A DNA stretch of 64,000 bases, from assembly GCA_034520565.1 (NCBI GenBank), contig JAXHNL010000002.1:1408001-1472000 (forward strand). Reading direction: 5' to 3'. Every line of letters starts with the position of its first letter. Position 1 is the stretch's first letter. Origin of the DNA: Halodesulfurarchaeum sp. Lineage in GTDB: Archaea; Halobacteriota; Halobacteria; Halobacteriales; Halobacteriaceae. The notes under the pieces were generated by a model, which saw only the letters and a program-made list of their open reading frames with translations, was not told where the DNA came from and did no database searches. This document shows, one piece after another, positions 10,601-20,491 of the stretch. A program made the translations under genes and the position numbers.

Positions 10601-11272
10601 GTGACTGACCTCCGTGATTGGGCCGCAGATCAGCCGCTTTTCGGGCTCAACGAAGCCCAACGAGCGACGGGGATGCAGCGCCCGACACTCCGGGAAACGC
10701 TGTCGCGAGCCGTCAAACGGGGTGACTTGATCCGCGTCGAACGGGGTAAATACACGGCTCACGCCGATCCGATGATTTACGCATCACATATCGAGACGCC
10801 TTCATATCTCTCGCTTTGGTCCGGACTACGGTATTACGACGTGACGACTCAGCAACCGGCTCGCGTTCAAATCATCGCGGCACGGAACCGGGAGGACCTG
10901 GAATCAGTTGAATTCTTCAGGTCCCGATCACTGTTCGGGTTCGGAAAGCGGCGATATGCAGATTTCGAGATCTTTGTGGCCGATCCCGAACGATTGCTCC
11001 TCGATTGTTTGGAGCGGAAAGCCGTCCCAGTGGAGGAACTTTTTGAACTGGCCGAGATCGTCGATATTGATACAAGCGTCGAATACGCCACTCGTCTGGG
11101 GATGGCTTCAGTAAAGAAACGCCTGGGATATCTCCTTGAAGTGGTGCGCGGTGAATCCGTTGATATCCTCCAAGTGGGGGATCGAAACTATCCTCGATTG
11201 GATCTCACACGTCCCGGGAATGGCGAAATCGATTCGAAGTGGCGCCTCAAGGTGAATACGGATGTTACGTAG
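10601..11272 (+). CDS. Type IV TA antitoxin, AbiEi family
   Basis: N-terminal wHTH (LIRVERGKY), PSYLSLWSGLRYY, ADPERLLLDCL. Confidence 0.85.
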   Translation: MTDLRDWAADQPLFGLNEAQRATGMQRPTLRETLSRAVKRGDLIRVERGKYTAHADPMIYASHIETPSYLSLWSGLRYYDVTTQQPARVQIIAARNREDLESVEFFRSRSLFGFGKRRYADFEIFVADPERLLLDCLERKAVPVEELFELAEIVDIDTSVEYATRLGMASVKKRLGYLLEVVRGESVDILQVGDRNYPRLDLTRPGNGEIDSKWRLKVNTDVT

Positions 11273-12020
11273 GTCTCAAATCGAATCTTACGCACGAACT
11301 TTTACGAACGGGAACGCGGGCCAGGCAGAAACCCTGTATCTCCAGGATCTCGTGCTGTCGACGATCAGTCGGGAGACTGCGGACCAGCTCGTATTCAAAG
11401 GTGGTACGGCACTGTTGAAGTTCTATCAACTCGATCGATTTTCCGAGGATCTCGATTTCACTGCTCGGGTATCGATCGATGACGATGCGTTGGTTCGGGC
11501 AGTATCTCGTGACCTCGAGGCCTATGGGGCCAGTCCCGAGGAGACGGACATCGAACGAGAGAATCGTTCCGTCCAGATACGATTGGGCATTCAGGGGCCG
11601 TTGTACACGGGCGATCGACGCTCACTCAACTTTCTTCGGCTCGAGATCAATACCGAAAGCTCGATTCGTTCCGTCGATATCAAGCGATACAATCCGCACT
11701 TCCAGGATATTCCGGCCTTCGAACTTTCCGTATTGTCAGAACGAGAGATCTTGGCCGAAAAGATTCGAGCACTCCTGACCCGGGATCAGCCGCGTGATCT
11801 GTACGACATCTATCACCTGCTCTCGAAGTCGGTTTCCATCGACCCCGACGTAGTCGGACGAAAACTCGAGTACTATGATAGACAGTACGATCCCTCAGCG
11901 GTCCTCGAGGCGGCAACTGAGCTTGAAATACGGTGGGAAACGCTCAGTCCCTTGGTCTATTCCACACTGCCGGAGTTTACGACGGTTATCGATCTGTTGG
12001 GCGAGGAATTGAGGGTGTGA
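11262..12020 (+). CDS. Type IV TA toxin, AbiEii nucleotidyltransferase
   Basis: FKGGTAL, RFSEDLDF, AEKIRAL, RDLYDI. Confidence 0.92.
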   Translation: MLRRSQIESYARTFTNGNAGQAETLYLQDLVLSTISRETADQLVFKGGTALLKFYQLDRFSEDLDFTARVSIDDDALVRAVSRDLEAYGASPEETDIERENRSVQIRLGIQGPLYTGDRRSLNFLRLEINTESSIRSVDIKRYNPHFQDIPAFELSVLSEREILAEKIRALLTRDQPRDLYDIYHLLSKSVSIDPDVVGRKLEYYDRQYDPSAVLEAATELEIRWETLSPLVYSTLPEFTTVIDLLGEELRV

Positions 12021-12123
12021 GACTTACTCTCTACAATCGTCGGTCGATTTCGCCCTGACTTTTTACCGCCTCTATCGCCATTCCCGATTCCTTTTTGCCC
12101 ACTCCGATTCATTCCCCGGATGA

Positions 12124-12969
12124 ATGGACTCCCGCACGGACCCCGATCGACTCCTCGAACGCCTCGATCTGGGCGAGTACGAGTCGACCGCCCTCGAGGA
12201 GCTCTTGACGATCGGCCGCTCGACTGCCCCGACCCTCTCGGAGGCGACGGGGATTCCCAAGGCACGGATCTACGACGTCCTCTCGGATCTCAACGACCGC
12301 GGATTCATCAAGGTCGTGCCCGGCCGGCCGAAGGAGTATCAGCCCAAGGATCCGGAGGTGATCCTCGACCGGGCGATCGAGAACCGCCGCCAGACCTTCG
12401 AGTCCGATCGGCAATCGATCGAGTCGATACGCGAGACGTTCCTCGAGACCTTCGAACCCCGATTCGAGGACGCCTCCCGCGATATCACGCCCACCGAGGA
12501 ACTCTTCTGGGTCGTCGATGTCGGCGAGGTGAGCGAGCGGGAGACCCGCCAACTGTACGCGGAGGCCGAGAATCGGGTCCACGTCTTCACCAAGAGTTTC
12601 GAGTACCTCCCGAGCGTCGAGGAGGCACTGCGGGACGCCGTTTCCCGGGGCGTGGAGGTGCAGGTACTCTTCGTCCATCCGGACCACATCGAACCGGAAA
12701 ACCGGTCGATTCAGGACGAGCGGATCGATCACATCGAGTCGATCGAGGGGGTCCAGTACCGGATCAGCGAATCCAAACTCCCGGTTCGGGGCACGCTTGC
12801 CGACCCGAGCATGGAGTACGACACCGGCAAAGCACTCTTTCTCGTCGAGGAGGAGGAGATTCCGTTGCACCTCCGGCAGGCGGCAGTGACGGAGAACGCC
12901 TCGTTCGTGGCGGGGATGAACCGGCTGTTCGAGTTGATCTGGGAGTACGAGTCCCTCGGGAGTTATTGA
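12124..12969 (+). CDS. TrmB-family transcriptional regulator
   Basis: LSEATGIPKARIYDVLSDL wHTH, GRPKEY, C-terminal effector domain. Confidence 0.9.
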   Translation: MDSRTDPDRLLERLDLGEYESTALEELLTIGRSTAPTLSEATGIPKARIYDVLSDLNDRGFIKVVPGRPKEYQPKDPEVILDRAIENRRQTFESDRQSIESIRETFLETFEPRFEDASRDITPTEELFWVVDVGEVSERETRQLYAEAENRVHVFTKSFEYLPSVEEALRDAVSRGVEVQVLFVHPDHIEPENRSIQDERIDHIESIEGVQYRISESKLPVRGTLADPSMEYDTGKALFLVEEEEIPLHLRQAAVTENASFVAGMNRLFELIWEYESLGSY

Positions 12970-13029
12970 TCGACTTCCGCCTCATCTACGTTCGAGCCGA
13001 CAGCATGCCTGTTTCCGTGGAACGGTAAT

Positions 13030-14017
13030 CTATTGTTCAGACCGTTTCTCGAGCAACTCCCGAACCGTCTCCTCGACGCTGTGAGTGGGCTCCCACCCCA
13101 ACTCCGCCTTCGCTTTCGACGTGTCGACGGCGAACTCGCTCACCAGCGTCTCGTTCCCGCGGGGATTCTCGACCAAATCGACGTCGGTCTCGATGCCCTG
13201 CTCCGCCGCGATCTCTTGCACCAGCTTTGCCACCTCCATCACGCTTGGATCCTCCGAACTCGCGATCTCGTAGGTCCAGGTGCCGGTCTCCCCACCATCG
13301 AGCTGCTCGAGCAACCGCTCGGCACTCCGGACGTAGGCGTTTGCCACGTCTTTCACGTGGATGTAGTTCCGCGCCTGCGTCCCGGGTTCGTAGACCGTGA
13401 TCGGCTCGTCGGAAAACACCCGGTCCACGAAGAAGTTGATCACCGTCCCCTTCGTCACCGTCTTACCGCCCACCTCGTGCTCACCGTACAGATTCGACTT
13501 CAGGTAGAGGTGCGCCGGGAATGCCCCATCCGCCATCGTCTCGATTGCCCGCTCTCCCAGCACCTTCGTCCGGCCGTACCAGTTCATCGGATCGCGCTCC
13601 TGATCGGCCGTGATGGGGAACTCGTTCGGGATCGCCCAGCGTGGCCATACTGAACGGGAACACGAGCCCGGCACCGGTCTTCCGACAGAACCAGGCGACG
13701 TTGTTCGTGCCCTGGACGTTGACCTCGTAAGCGAGATCGGGGTTGTTCGTGCAGTCGTCGACGCCGCTGACCGCAGCGAGGTGAAGGACGATATCGCTCC
13801 CGGCGAGCGCGTCCTCGAGGGCGTCTCGATTTCGGATATCGACGTACTGGACTTCGACGTCCCCGATCTGGCGGACCTCCCCGAGGTAGAAGTTATCGAG
13901 GGGGATCAGCTCCCAGTCGGGATGCTCGTCCCGGATGAGCTTCACGACGCGACTGGCGATGAACCCGGCTGCGCCGGTGACCGCGATCGTCGGGTTTGTC
14001 GCTGTCTCTGCGTTCAT
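13030..14017 (-). CDS. NAD-dependent epimerase/dehydratase (one frameshift near 13630, probably sequencing error)
   Basis: TGAAGFIA in ORF 13481..14017; YGRTK catalytic motif in ORF 13030..13674; removing one base restores GDP-NEFPI. Confidence 0.8.
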
Positions 14018-14955
14018 GCCTGGAACTGTGCGGCGAGGTCCCGAATACCTTCCCGTAGCGTTTCCCGGGGCTCGAAGTCCGTGTCTGCGGCCAGCCGATC
14101 GAAGTTCACGTGATAGGACGGCCCCGGCTTGCGATCTTCGAGATACGTGATCTCGAGGTCGGTGTCGAGTTCCTCCCGGACGACTTCCGCGATCTCCCGG
14201 ATCTGGTAGTTCTGGTCGTTCGCGCCGACGTTGTAGACCGGGTGGTCGTACTGTTCTGGATGCCCGGCCGCGTGCGCGAACGCCCGCGCGGCGTCGCGAA
14301 CGTGGATGAACGGTCGCCAGTTCGTTCCGTCCCCGTAGACCGTCAGCGGCCGATCAGTCAACGCCCGGAAGACGAAGTGATTGACGACCAGGTTGAAACG
14401 AACCCCTGGTGCGTCCCCGAAATTCGTGCTCATCCGGAGCGCGGTCGCCGAAAATCCGTTGTCCGAACTCGCCTTCCGGAGCAATTCCTCGGACTCGAGT
14501 TTCGACTCTGCGTAGGGGTTCAGCGGATCGGCCTCGGTCTCCTCGGTGATGTCCGCAGTCGTCGCCCGGCCATAGAGGTTACACGATGAGGCAAAGACCA
14601 CGTTCCCAACGTTGTACTTCTCGGCGGCCTGAACGACGTTCTCGGTACCCCCGTAATTGATGGCAAAGGTCTCGTCCTCGCGGTCGTGGGTGCTCTCCGC
14701 GCCGGTGATCGCGGCGAGGTGGATCACCGTATCGACACCTCGCATCGCGTTCTCGACGGCCCCGTACTCCCTGACGTCACCGCGATAGACGGTCAAATCG
14801 TCGTCGGTACCCAGACCCGTCCCGAACAGATTGCGGGGGCTCCCCGTGGACTGGTCGTCGAACACCGAAACGGTGTCGACAACGTCGCGATCCAGCAGGT
14901 ACGGCACCAGCGCGCTGCCGATGTAGCCCAGGCCACCGGTGACGAGGACGTCCAT
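14014..14955 (-). CDS. NAD-dependent epimerase/dehydratase
   Basis: TGGLGYIG, HLAA, YAESK. Confidence 0.92.
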   Translation of the reverse strand: MDVLVTGGLGYIGSALVPYLLDRDVVDTVSVFDDQSTGSPRNLFGTGLGTDDDLTVYRGDVREYGAVENAMRGVDTVIHLAAITGAESTHDREDETFAINYGGTENVVQAAEKYNVGNVVFASSCNLYGRATTADITEETEADPLNPYAESKLESEELLRKASSDNGFSATALRMSTNFGDAPGVRFNLVVNHFVFRALTDRPLTVYGDGTNWRPFIHVRDAARAFAHAAGHPEQYDHPVYNVGANDQNYQIREIAEVVREELDTDLEITYLEDRKPGPSYHVNFDRLAADTDFEPRETLREGIRDLAAQFQA

Positions 14956-14956
14956 C

Positions 14957-16126
14957 TCAATCCTCAAGGACGCCCGGGAGGAACCGGTCCTCGTGGGCCG
15001 TGATGGCCTCCTCGTATTCGCTGATCGTGCCGATGGTCTCCCGCATGCCCGCCTCGAAGGTCACGCTTTGCCCGTCGATGAGGTCTGCATAGCGGTCGTT
15101 CTCGATCTCCATCTTGTGGGTCTCGTCCTCGTCCCGGGGGTTCTCGAAGTGCTCGACATCGACGTCGTACCCGAACTCCCCGGCCACGTCCGCGATCGTC
15201 TCGGCGACCTCGACGATGCTGATTGCTCGGGTGACCTGATTGTACACGGTGAGATCGTCCGGTCGGTCATCGACGTCCGCGAGTGCCAGCCGCGCGAGTC
15301 CCTCGACGGCGTCTTCGAGGCTGATGAACGGCTTCCGCTGTTCGCCCTTGCCGTAGACGGTCATCGGGTAGCCGGCGACGGCCTGGGCGGCAAAGCGGTG
15401 CGCGACGACGCCGAAGTAGTAGTCGAAGTCGAAGCGGGTCGCCAGCCGGTCGTCGGCGTTGGTCTCGGAGGTGCCAGCCCCGTACGTGATGGCCGTGCGG
15501 ACGTCCGAGATGGGGATGTCGAACTGCGAATGGGCCAACCGCATGTTCGCCGCGTCGTGGCTCTTGGTGAGGTGATACCAGCTGCCGGCCATCGCGGGGA
15601 ACGGGACCTCGTCGCGCTCGCCCTGGTTCTCCATGACGGCCCCACCCTCGGGAATCGGGAACTCGGGCGCGCCGTAGACGCCCGTGGTGGTCGTCTCGAT
15701 GAAGTGTGTGTCGGTGAGATCCTGTTCCTCGAGTCCCCAGAGCAGGTTCCGCGTGGCCTGCATGTTGTTGTGCTGGGTGTAGTTCGCCCGCTCGCCGTTG
15801 ATCTGGGAGTACGGCGCGGAGGGCTGTGCGGCGGTGTGAACGATGACGCGGGGCTCGTGGACGGAGATGATCTCGTCAGTGAAGTCCTTGTTCGCGAGGT
15901 CGCCCTCGACGAAGGAGAGGTTCGTGATCCCGAGGACCTCCTCGGCCGCAGCGATGCGCTCCTCGATCGGCGCGACGGGGGTCGCACTCCGTGAGCCCAC
16001 GTTTTCGACCCACTCGCGACGGGCGAAATTGTCCGCAAGCAGCACGCGTTCGTCCGTCTGTTCGGCCGTTCGGAGGGCGGTCGGCCAGCCGATGTAGCCG
16101 TCGCCGCCAGTGATGAGGATGGTCAT
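14957..16126 (-). CDS. agl3: UDP-sulfoquinovose synthase (Agl3/SqdB family)
   Basis: TGGDGYIGWPTAL, DNFARR, AQPSAPYS, GSWYHLTK, TRFDFDYYFG, YGKGEQ. Confidence 0.85.
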   Translation of the reverse strand: MTILITGGDGYIGWPTALRTAEQTDERVLLADNFARREWVENVGSRSATPVAPIEERIAAAEEVLGITNLSFVEGDLANKDFTDEIISVHEPRVIVHTAAQPSAPYSQINGERANYTQHNNMQATRNLLWGLEEQDLTDTHFIETTTTGVYGAPEFPIPEGGAVMENQGERDEVPFPAMAGSWYHLTKSHDAANMRLAHSQFDIPISDVRTAITYGAGTSETNADDRLATRFDFDYYFGVVAHRFAAQAVAGYPMTVYGKGEQRKPFISLEDAVEGLARLALADVDDRPDDLTVYNQVTRAISIVEVAETIADVAGEFGYDVDVEHFENPRDEDETHKMEIENDRYADLIDGQSVTFEAGMRETIGTISEYEEAITAHEDRFLPGVLED

Positions 16127-16127
16127 A

Positions 16128-16148
16128 GTTACTCAGATCATGAGTTAC
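16128..16148. promoter_or_regulatory. Operator GTTACT-N9-AGTTAC immediately upstream of agl3
   Basis: gttactcagatcatgagttac; same geometry as 10368-10388. Confidence 0.55.
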
Positions 16149-16258
16149 TTTTCCAGGTGCATAAGCGTACCTACCTGCGGACGGTATTGGTGTGACGGGG
16201 CTCTCCATTTTCCGGATTTGACCAGCACCCTTTTGCATTTGTATGCGTATGCATATAC

Positions 16259-16489
16259 ATGGGTGACACCTCGATTCGGGTCTCCAAGGAAACGAAGCAT
16301 CGGCTCGACCTTTTCAAATCCGAGGGGGAGAGCTATGAGGATGTCATTCGACGATTGACTGAGCGAGACAAATGGGCAGGATTTGGCGTCCTGGCCGAAA
16401 CTGAGGGAGATACTCGTGCAGGCATGTCCAAAATGCGGAGTTCAATGCGTGACGGGATGGCCGAAGATCTCGAGGCAGACGACGAATGA
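16259..16489 (+). CDS. vapB: VapB-like antitoxin (RHH-like)
   Basis: TSIRVSKETKHRL...ESYEDVIRRL; ATGA overlap with PIN gene; RTATRC repeats upstream. Confidence 0.8.
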   Translation: MGDTSIRVSKETKHRLDLFKSEGESYEDVIRRLTERDKWAGFGVLAETEGDTRAGMSKMRSSMRDGMAEDLEADDE

Positions 16490-16893
16490 TCGTCTTGGAT
16501 AACAATCTTCTCAGTGAGTATTTGGACGGAACATCGTCGGCCAGTTCGTTTCTCAAACGGTACGAGGCGGAAGCGTGGGCCGTTTCTGCAGTTGTGCTGT
16601 ACGAGGCGTATATGGGGGCCGTACACGGATATATCGATGGTTCACCAGAATCGGTTCGGCAGGCAGTGACCGCTTCGATGGACGTATTGACGGTTACCGA
16701 GCGGACAGCGATGGAAGCGAAGACGCTTCAGGAGGAGTTATTGGTGCGGGGTGTCCCGGCTGATCATCCTGATGCGTTGATCGCCGCGACTGCTCGGGAA
16801 CATGGGGCGACCTTCGCAACCGCGGAGAAGCATTTCTGGAAAGACGAAGTTCGGGACGTGCTCGAAGTTGCCGAGTATCATCCCGAGAAATGA
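16486..16893 (+). CDS. vapC: VapC-like PIN domain toxin
   Basis: MIVLDNN, VLYE, DALIAATA. Confidence 0.85.
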   Translation: MIVLDNNLLSEYLDGTSSASSFLKRYEAEAWAVSAVVLYEAYMGAVHGYIDGSPESVRQAVTASMDVLTVTERTAMEAKTLQEELLVRGVPADHPDALIAATAREHGATFATAEKHFWKDEVRDVLEVAEYHPEK

Positions 16894-16931
16894 ACAGTCC
16901 TGGCTCTGGGAGTCGAAACGAGGTGCCAAGA

Positions 16932-17141
16932 ATGAAAACACTCCGGATACGTGAGGAGGTGTACGAAAAGTTACAGGTCCTGAAACGGCCCGATGAGAGC
17001 ATCTCAGACCTTCTTTCTCGCTTATTGGATCGGGAAAATCAGTTCGAACGTGGATTTGGCGAGTTCTCGGATGTCAACTTCGAGCAGGAATTGGACGAAT
17101 TAGACGAACGGCTCGACGATGAATCATCTCGATCTGGATGA
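16932..17141 (+). CDS. Orphan VapB-like antitoxin
   Basis: MKTLRIREEVYEKL...DESISDLLSRLL. Confidence 0.7.
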   Translation: MKTLRIREEVYEKLQVLKRPDESISDLLSRLLDRENQFERGFGEFSDVNFEQELDELDERLDDESSRSG

Positions 17142-17218
17142 TTTTGCTGGAACGAAGTCACGAACCGATCTGAGCTCGACCCGTTAGTTCTTTGCCCTAT
17201 GGCACTCCCAGTGACTCC

Positions 17219-18408
17219 ATGGACGCAGTCGTCTTGGCCGCCGGCGAGGGAACCCGGATGCGGCCGCTCACCGCCGACCGACCGAAACCGATGCTCCCGG
17301 TTGCGGACCGGCCGCTCCTCGAGCATACGATCGAGGCCGCGCGATCGGCCGGCGCCGACCACATTATCCTCGTGGTCGGCTATGAGGCCGATGTTATTCG
17401 CACCCACTTCGGCTCGGAGTGGGACGGCCTCGAAATCGAGTACGTCGAGCAGGAATCCCGAGACGGGACCGCAGATGCACTCCGGCAGGCCGCGTCGCGT
17501 CTGAACGGCGAGCAGTTCGCGGTCCTCAACGGCGACGGACTCTACGATCCGCCATCGCTCAGGGCCGTGTTCGAATCCGGCCCCGCAGTCGGCGCGATGC
17601 GCGTCGAGGACCCCTCCCAGTACGGCGTGCTCGAACTGTCCGCGGACGGTTCGCGGGTGACCGGCGTCACTGAGAAGCCGGCAGACCCCCCGTCGGACCT
17701 CGTCAACACTGGCGCGTACGTCTTCCCCGGCGAAGCGGTCGACTGGCTCGACGTGGGCGAAAGTGAGCGCGGCGAGCGCGAACTCACGGACGTCCTCGAA
17801 CGGGCCTGCGCGGAGTCGACGGTCGCGCCTGTCGAGATGGAGGACTGGCTCGACGTCGGTCGGCCCTGGGACCTCCTTGAGGCAAACGAGTGGCTGATCG
17901 GCGAGCGCTCCCGCGCGATCGCCGGGAACGTCCACCCCGGAGCCGATCTTCAGGGTCCCGTGGTCGTCGAACCGGGGGCCACCATCCACTCGGGCGTCGT
18001 CATCGAAGGGCCGGCCATCATCCGCGAGGGTGCGACTGTCGGCCCGAATGCCTACATTCGGGGGACGACCCTCGTCGATCGAGACGCAGCGATCGGCCAC
18101 GCCGTCGAGATCAAAAACAGCGTCGTCATGCATGACGCAAGCATCGCACACCTCTCCTACGTCGGTGACAGCGTCATTGGGCCGCGAGTCAACTTCGGTG
18201 CGGGAACCGTCGTCGCCAACCTCCGTCACGACGATGCAACGGTCCCGACGATCGTCAAAGGCGAAGTGGTCGATACCGGGCGCAGAAAATACGGGTGTGT
18301 CTGTGGACCGGACGCGAAAACGGGAATCAATACCAGCCTTGACCCGGGCGTGGTCCTCGATTCGGGGCGAGGACTGCGCCTGGGGAAGTGCGAACCCGAT
18401 CGGAGTGA
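17219..18408 (+). CDS. glmU: Bifunctional sugar-1-phosphate nucleotidyltransferase/acetyltransferase (GlmU-like); probable indel near 18365
   Basis: LAAGEGTRMRPLT, VEIKNS, HLSYVGDS, NFGAGT; adding one G in the run at 18364-18367 gives stop at 18408 (ORF track reads to 18490). Confidence 0.85.
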
Positions 18409-18562
18409 TCGTCTCCTGGGGGGGGGGGATCACTCCCATTTGCCGGTAGCGGAATCGAGAGGTTCGGGCACCCGGAGGGAGATGCCATGAGAAACGGGTC
18501 ACTGAACAGTTTCGGACCAGGATATAGGACGAACATGAACCCCCATCTCCACGACGCTGACC

Positions 18563-19459
18563 ATGACTGAGCAACGCGTCGGCATTCTCGGCTGCGGATA
18601 CGTCGGAACCGAGCTTGCGCGGCAGCTGCGTGACGAGTACGAGGTGTACGGTGTCCGGCGATCATCGGCGGGGCTGGAGGCTGTCGCGGAGACGGGCGCC
18701 GAACCCATTCGAGCCGACCTCACCGATCCGGACGACGTCACCTCGCTTCCGGATGCGGACGTCCTCGTGTTCACCGCGAGTTCCCGCGGCAATCCCGGGC
18801 CCGGGGCAATCTACAATACAGCCCTCGAATCGGTCATTACGAACTTCGGTCCACGCAGGCATCCCCCTGATCGGCTCATCTACACCGGGAGCACCGGCGT
18901 CTATGGTGACTTCGGCGGTGACTGGGTGGACGAGGAGACGCCGATCGAACCCGAAACGGACCGCCAGGAGATCCTCCGCGAGGCGGAGCGACTCACCCTG
19001 GAAACCGCCCCCGAGTTCGATATCGATGGAACCGTGGTCCGTTTTGGCGGGCTGTACGGGCCGGATCGATACCGGATGGATCGGTACCTGGAGGGACCGG
19101 TCACGGCGGGATACCTGAATCTCGTCCACCGCGAAGACGCGGCCGGGGCCGTCGCGTTTCTCATCGAAGGAGACCGGCTCCGGAACGAGACGTTGCTCGC
19201 AGTCGACGACGAACCACTCGACAAATGGCAGTTCGCCGATTGGCTGGCGGAAGCGATCGGCGTGGCACAGCCACCAAAACAAACCGTCGACGATCGCCTG
19301 GAAGTGGGAACCCGATCGACGGCCACGCGCCAGCGGATCGTCGCGAGCAAGCGGTGTTCGAACCAGAAACTCCGGGAGATCGGCTACGAATATCGCTTTC
19401 CCACTGCCTATGACGGATACGAGCCCGCTATCGAAGCCGCCCGAGACGGAGCCCGGTAG
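18563..19459 (+). CDS. SDR / NAD-dependent epimerase family protein
   Basis: GCGYVG Rossmann motif, STGVYG, GLYGPDR. Confidence 0.85.
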   Translation: MTEQRVGILGCGYVGTELARQLRDEYEVYGVRRSSAGLEAVAETGAEPIRADLTDPDDVTSLPDADVLVFTASSRGNPGPGAIYNTALESVITNFGPRRHPPDRLIYTGSTGVYGDFGGDWVDEETPIEPETDRQEILREAERLTLETAPEFDIDGTVVRFGGLYGPDRYRMDRYLEGPVTAGYLNLVHREDAAGAVAFLIEGDRLRNETLLAVDDEPLDKWQFADWLAEAIGVAQPPKQTVDDRLEVGTRSTATRQRIVASKRCSNQKLREIGYEYRFPTAYDGYEPAIEAARDGAR

Positions 19460-19528
19460 TCGATATTCCACGTCAGTGACCCATTCGGAAGGATACGTTT
19501 TTGGCATCGGCCCCGCGACTCCCTTGTA

Positions 19529-20491
19529 ATGGAAGCCGACGGGGACGTCTGCGTGCTGATTCCGACGCTCAACGAGGCCGAGACCATCGGCGACGTCATC
19601 GAGGGCCTCCGGGCGGCGGGCCTCGACAACATTCTCGTCATCGACGGCGATTCGGCCGACGACACGGCCGAAATCGCCGAGTCAGCAGGCGCCCGCGTCA
19701 TGGTTCAATCGGGGAGCGGCAAGGGCCAGGCCGTTCGCGAGGCGCTCGAACACGTCGAAAGCGAATACGTCCTCATGCTCGATGGTGACGGCACCTACGC
19801 TCCCTCGCAGGCCGAACGGCTGCTGGAGCCGCTCCGGTCCGGGAACGCTGATCACGTCGTCGGCAACCGGTTTGCCGACATGGAGGCAGGCGCGATGACG
19901 CGGCTCAACAAAGTCGGAAACAGGATCTTCAACGGCGTGTTCAAGCGCGTTCACGGCGAGGACCACGGCGACATTCTGAGCGGCTATCGAGCGTTCACCC
20001 GGGACTCCTTCGACCGGATGCACCTCCAGGCGGAGGGATTCGGCATCGAGACCGAAATCGCCGTCGAGTGTGTCAAACGCGGCCTCGAGGTGGCCGTGGT
20101 CCCGATCACCTACCGGGCTCGTCCGGCCGAATCGGATCCGAACCTCAACCCCATCGCGGACGGCGGGCGGATCTTGCTCACGCTCTACAGCCTCGCGAAG
20201 ACGACGAACCCGCTTTTCTACTTCGGGAGCATCGGCGCGGTGATTTTCGGCGGGGGCGTGGTCCTGGGCGGGTACGTCGGGATCGAGTACTTCACGCAGG
20301 GGATCTCCCACGAGATCATCGCCGTCGTGGCGACGCTCGCCCTATTGCTCGGGGGGCAGTTGATCCTCTTCGGCTTTCTCGCGGACATGCTCGCGAGCCT
20401 GCACCGCGAGCGGCTTCGGCGGTTCGACGAGCTCGACGAGCGCCTCGAGGCCCTCGACGACCGGACCGAGGGCTCGAGACTAGCGATGTGA
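19529..20491 (+). CDS. aglJ: Dolichol-phosphate glycosyltransferase AglJ
   Basis: LIPTLNEAETI, QSGSGKGQAV, DGDGTY, ILSGYRAF, two C-terminal TM helices. Confidence 0.85.
   Translation: MEADGDVCVLIPTLNEAETIGDVIEGLRAAGLDNILVIDGDSADDTAEIAESAGARVMVQSGSGKGQAVREALEHVESEYVLMLDGDGTYAPSQAERLLEPLRSGNADHVVGNRFADMEAGAMTRLNKVGNRIFNGVFKRVHGEDHGDILSGYRAFTRDSFDRMHLQAEGFGIETEIAVECVKRGLEVAVVPITYRARPAESDPNLNPIADGGRILLTLYSLAKTTNPLFYFGSIGAVIFGGGVVLGGYVGIEYFTQGISHEIIAVVATLALLLGGQLILFGFLADMLASLHRERLRRFDELDERLEALDDRTEGSRLAM

Noticed and set aside
18409-18562. Replication origin (G-string resembling ORB)
   Set aside because: No convincing ORB core, no repeated ORBs and no orc1/cdc6 gene
20316-20491. 176-bp convergent overlap of aglJ and its neighbour (similar case at 42009-42213)
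   Set aside because: The overlapping tail looks non-coding; likely a lost stop from an indel rather than a functional overlap
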